Source: Camelus ferus
Lineage: Eukaryota
DNA: 64,000 bases
Assembly (NCBI RefSeq): GCF_009834535.1
Contig: NC_045704.1
Location: 67,952,001 to 68,016,000 of the forward strand
Direction of reading: 5' to 3'
Part shown: positions 61,391 to 64,000 of the stretch, piece by piece
How positions within the stretch are numbered: the first letter of the stretch is position 1
How the letters are laid out: the number at the start of each line of letters is the position of its first letter
Translations under genes and position numbers: made by a program
The notes under the pieces: model-generated
Database searches by the model: none
What the model saw: only the letters and a program-made list of their open reading frames with translations
Told to the model about the DNA's origin: nothing

Positions 61391-62534
61391 GGGAGAGAGA
61401 GAGCCTAACATTTATAGATACAATGGTAGCTTGTGATAAGAAGAGAAAATTTTTTTCGATATTTTGCCCTTAAAAACCAAACCATTTCAGTTACCCTGAG
61501 GTAAGTAAAGGTTAAAATCCTGAGTTCCAGTTTGGCTTGAGAAGTCAAAAGTGGGCTGTTTTCACACCAGATTAATTAGCCTAATTTCTTTGAATAATTA
61601 AAATTTTATTTAGCAAATTTTTAATATGGTGAAAATCACGCACGTTCTTTTTAAACTGTGGAACCCCGCGTAGGGTGCGCTGGCACTGGACGGGGCTCTG
61701 GGAGGGTTTCTCTTTAGGGTTACCCTGGCTGTGCTCGTGGGGACGGCTGTGGGTTTTACACACAGGAGACCGAGAGTGCTCCACAGCGACCCACTCACTC
61801 TTTTATTCTCCTTGACCTTACGGATGTCCGATCGCCCTGCTTCAGAAGCATGAACCATATCTTCTCGTTAAAAACCTTTTGGCTGCATTACATCCGGTCT
61901 CTGTTTGCACACTGTGACTCATGTGGATACAACGAAGACAACAGTCATCGAGAGTCATTTGTTAATTGTTAATTCATTCGTTCAAGAGAACTTTGTTTAA
62001 AATTTCCGTGCACGAGGCATGAGGAGGTATTACAAGACATGCACACGGGAAGAACGCGTGTTCCAAGACGTCCGGGAACTTGCGGCCTGCTACCCAGCCT
62101 GTGAGATGCTGGGGCTCAGACCGCCACTGGGCGAGTGTTTCCCCCTCCATCTGGGCCCCGCCGTGTGTGTGTGCAACAACCCTAGTAGTTCTTTTCTTAA
62201 TCAGCTTGAGAGGAAAAAAGTCACCTGGGCCTTTCCTTTCTTTGTATTTGAGGTGTTCTTGGAATCGTATTTCATTGCCCTTTGGTGGAACACCTCATGA
62301 AAGCCAAACAACACTTTGTGTAAACCACAGACCTCCCTGAAAGGGCACGCTTGAAATTTTTGACTCAGCTAACTTTCTGTCAAGTTCAACGCCCAACGTC
62401 AGGAAGGAATTTGAGCATTTGTAGAAAATTCTAACAAATTCTTATAAATTAAAGGAGAATTAAAGAAATTTCATCATAGCCAGTGAGGTTGAAGGGGTTT
62501 TGTTTTGTGAAATGTGTCCCCCAGACTTGCTTTC

Positions 62535-63119
62535 TCTGGCTTTATTCAGCTGTAATTGAAGCACAGCTCTGTGTGAGGTTAAGCGGTGCAGCATAATGAC
62601 TTGACTCGTGTCTAGATGGTGAAATTATTACCACAGTAAGCTTAGTTAACATCCGTAACCTCATATAGTTGTATTTTTCCCATGTGATGAGAACATTAAG
62701 GATTTATTCTGAGTTGCTAAGAGCAACTTTCAAACAGACCACGAAATACCATTAATTAGTCATTGTGTTGTACATTACACCTCAATTTTACTTATTTATC
62801 TTATAACTGAAGCTACGTGCCATGTGACCACCTTCACTCAATTCCCCCTCCTCTCGCCCCATGCTTCTGGCAAACAAAACTCTGATCTCTTTTTCTATTT
62901 TTTTTTTTTTTAACATTCTACATGTGAGATCATACAGCAGTTGTCTTTTTCTGACTTATTTCTCTTCATATAATGACCTCAAGATCCATCCGTGCTCTTG
63001 ACAAATGGCAGGATTTCCTTCTCTTTCATGGCTGAATAGTATTCCAGTGTGTGTGTGTATGTGTGTGTGTGTGATATATATATGTAATGTGATATGTATA
63101 TGTGATGTGAGATAGATAG

Positions 63120-63160
<41 letters not shown>

Positions 63161-63675
63161 TTTCTTTATATATTCACCAGTCAATGGATACAAATTGCTT
63201 CTATGTCTTGGCCAATTTATCAATGCCATAATGAACGTAGGGGTGCAGATATCTCTGACAGAGCGACTTTTGTTTCCTTCACATATACCCAGCAGTGGAA
63301 TTGCTGGATCATGTAGTAGGGCTATTTTAAATTTTTTGAGAAACCTCCGTACTGTTCTGCATAGTGGCAACACCAATTTGCACTCCCGCCAACAGTGTAC
63401 CAGGGCCCCCTCTTGTCCACACCTCGCCAGGATTTATCTTCTGTCTTTTTCATGCTGGCCATTCTCACAGGTGTGAGGTGACAGCTCATTGTGGTTTTGA
63501 TTTGCACTTCCCTGTTGAGTAGTGATTTTGAGTACCTTTTCAGCTACCTCTTAGCCATTTGAATATCTGCTTTAGGAAAATATTTATTCAGGTCCTTTTC
63601 CCATTTTTTAATTCAATTATTTGTAGCTTTTTTGGCTATGAGTTGTATGAATTCTTTATGTATTTTGGATATCCT
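62535..63675 (-). mobile_element. L1MA-type element: ORF2 C-terminus and 3' UTR, with an internal (TG)/(TA) microsatellite at 63047-63154
   Basis: ORF track gives MQIKTTMSCHLTPVRMA and RFLKKFKIALLHDPAIPLLGI, decayed versions of the L1 ORF2 C-terminal motifs. Confidence 0.95.
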
Positions 63676-63844
63676 AACTGGTTTTTAAATTATTGTTACT
63701 GATTTACAGTAGCTGGTGCTCACTGCAGCTCTGCATTTCTAGCTGCCTGCACACCATGGAGGCATAGTGGGGGGGGGGGGTCTTTCATAAGTTCTCTCAA
63801 ATCAGCCTAAGGGACTTATTAAAAGCACAGCATTGCACTGCGCT

Positions 63845-63960
63845 AAGCACTGTCCCTCATTCTTCCGTGGAGGAAACTGAGGCTTGGAACAGACCAGAAG
63901 CCATATTGAGGCCACCTGTTTAAAACAATACAAAGACTTGAAACCAGGTCTCTGGCCTCA
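63845..63960 (-). mobile_element. MIR SINE fragment
   Basis: gtggaggaaactgaggcttgg...gacttgaaaccaggtctctggc. Confidence 0.65.
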
Positions 63961-64000
63961 TTTTTATTGGACATCCTTGGATCGTTTGTTTTAAGTTCCT

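Noticed and set aside
63026-63507. Protein-like ORFs near the right end
   Set aside because: They are frameshifted L1 ORF2 C-terminal remnants, not a host gene

Overview
This is mammalian non-coding DNA, most likely from a camelid (alpaca/llama/camel). That call rests on my recall of a tRNA-derived SINE (40153-40283) and two L1 3' tails (28127-28276, 51685-51978), not on a database search. It comes from a gappy short-read scaffold with seven N-runs of 132-292 bp. I find no credible protein-coding exon, RNA gene, CRISPR array, prokaryotic system or processed pseudogene. The only protein-like ORFs are decayed L1 ORF2 remnants. A large part of the window is transposon-derived: L1, L2, MIR, MaLR/ERV LTRs, hAT-Charlie and Tigger. 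Repeat-poor, motif-dense blocks lie between the repeats and look like cis-regulatory DNA of a large intron or gene desert; I cannot name the host gene. The most notable items are: (i) a TSD-flanked L1 insertion that appears to carry a 42-bp 3' transduction (41933-42095); (ii) two RFX X-box modules, one with three RUNX sites (28557-28787) and one a triple X-box (56288-56334); (iii) an MLT1A provirus with one LTR collapsed to 32 bp (24268-25909); (iv) a tail-less L1 RT fragment inserted into a Charlie transposon (33876-35130); (v) apparent CpG/GC gain in old repeats of the right half. I do not see a new multi-gene system. Repeat subfamily names and most repeat boundaries are approximate (tens of bp).
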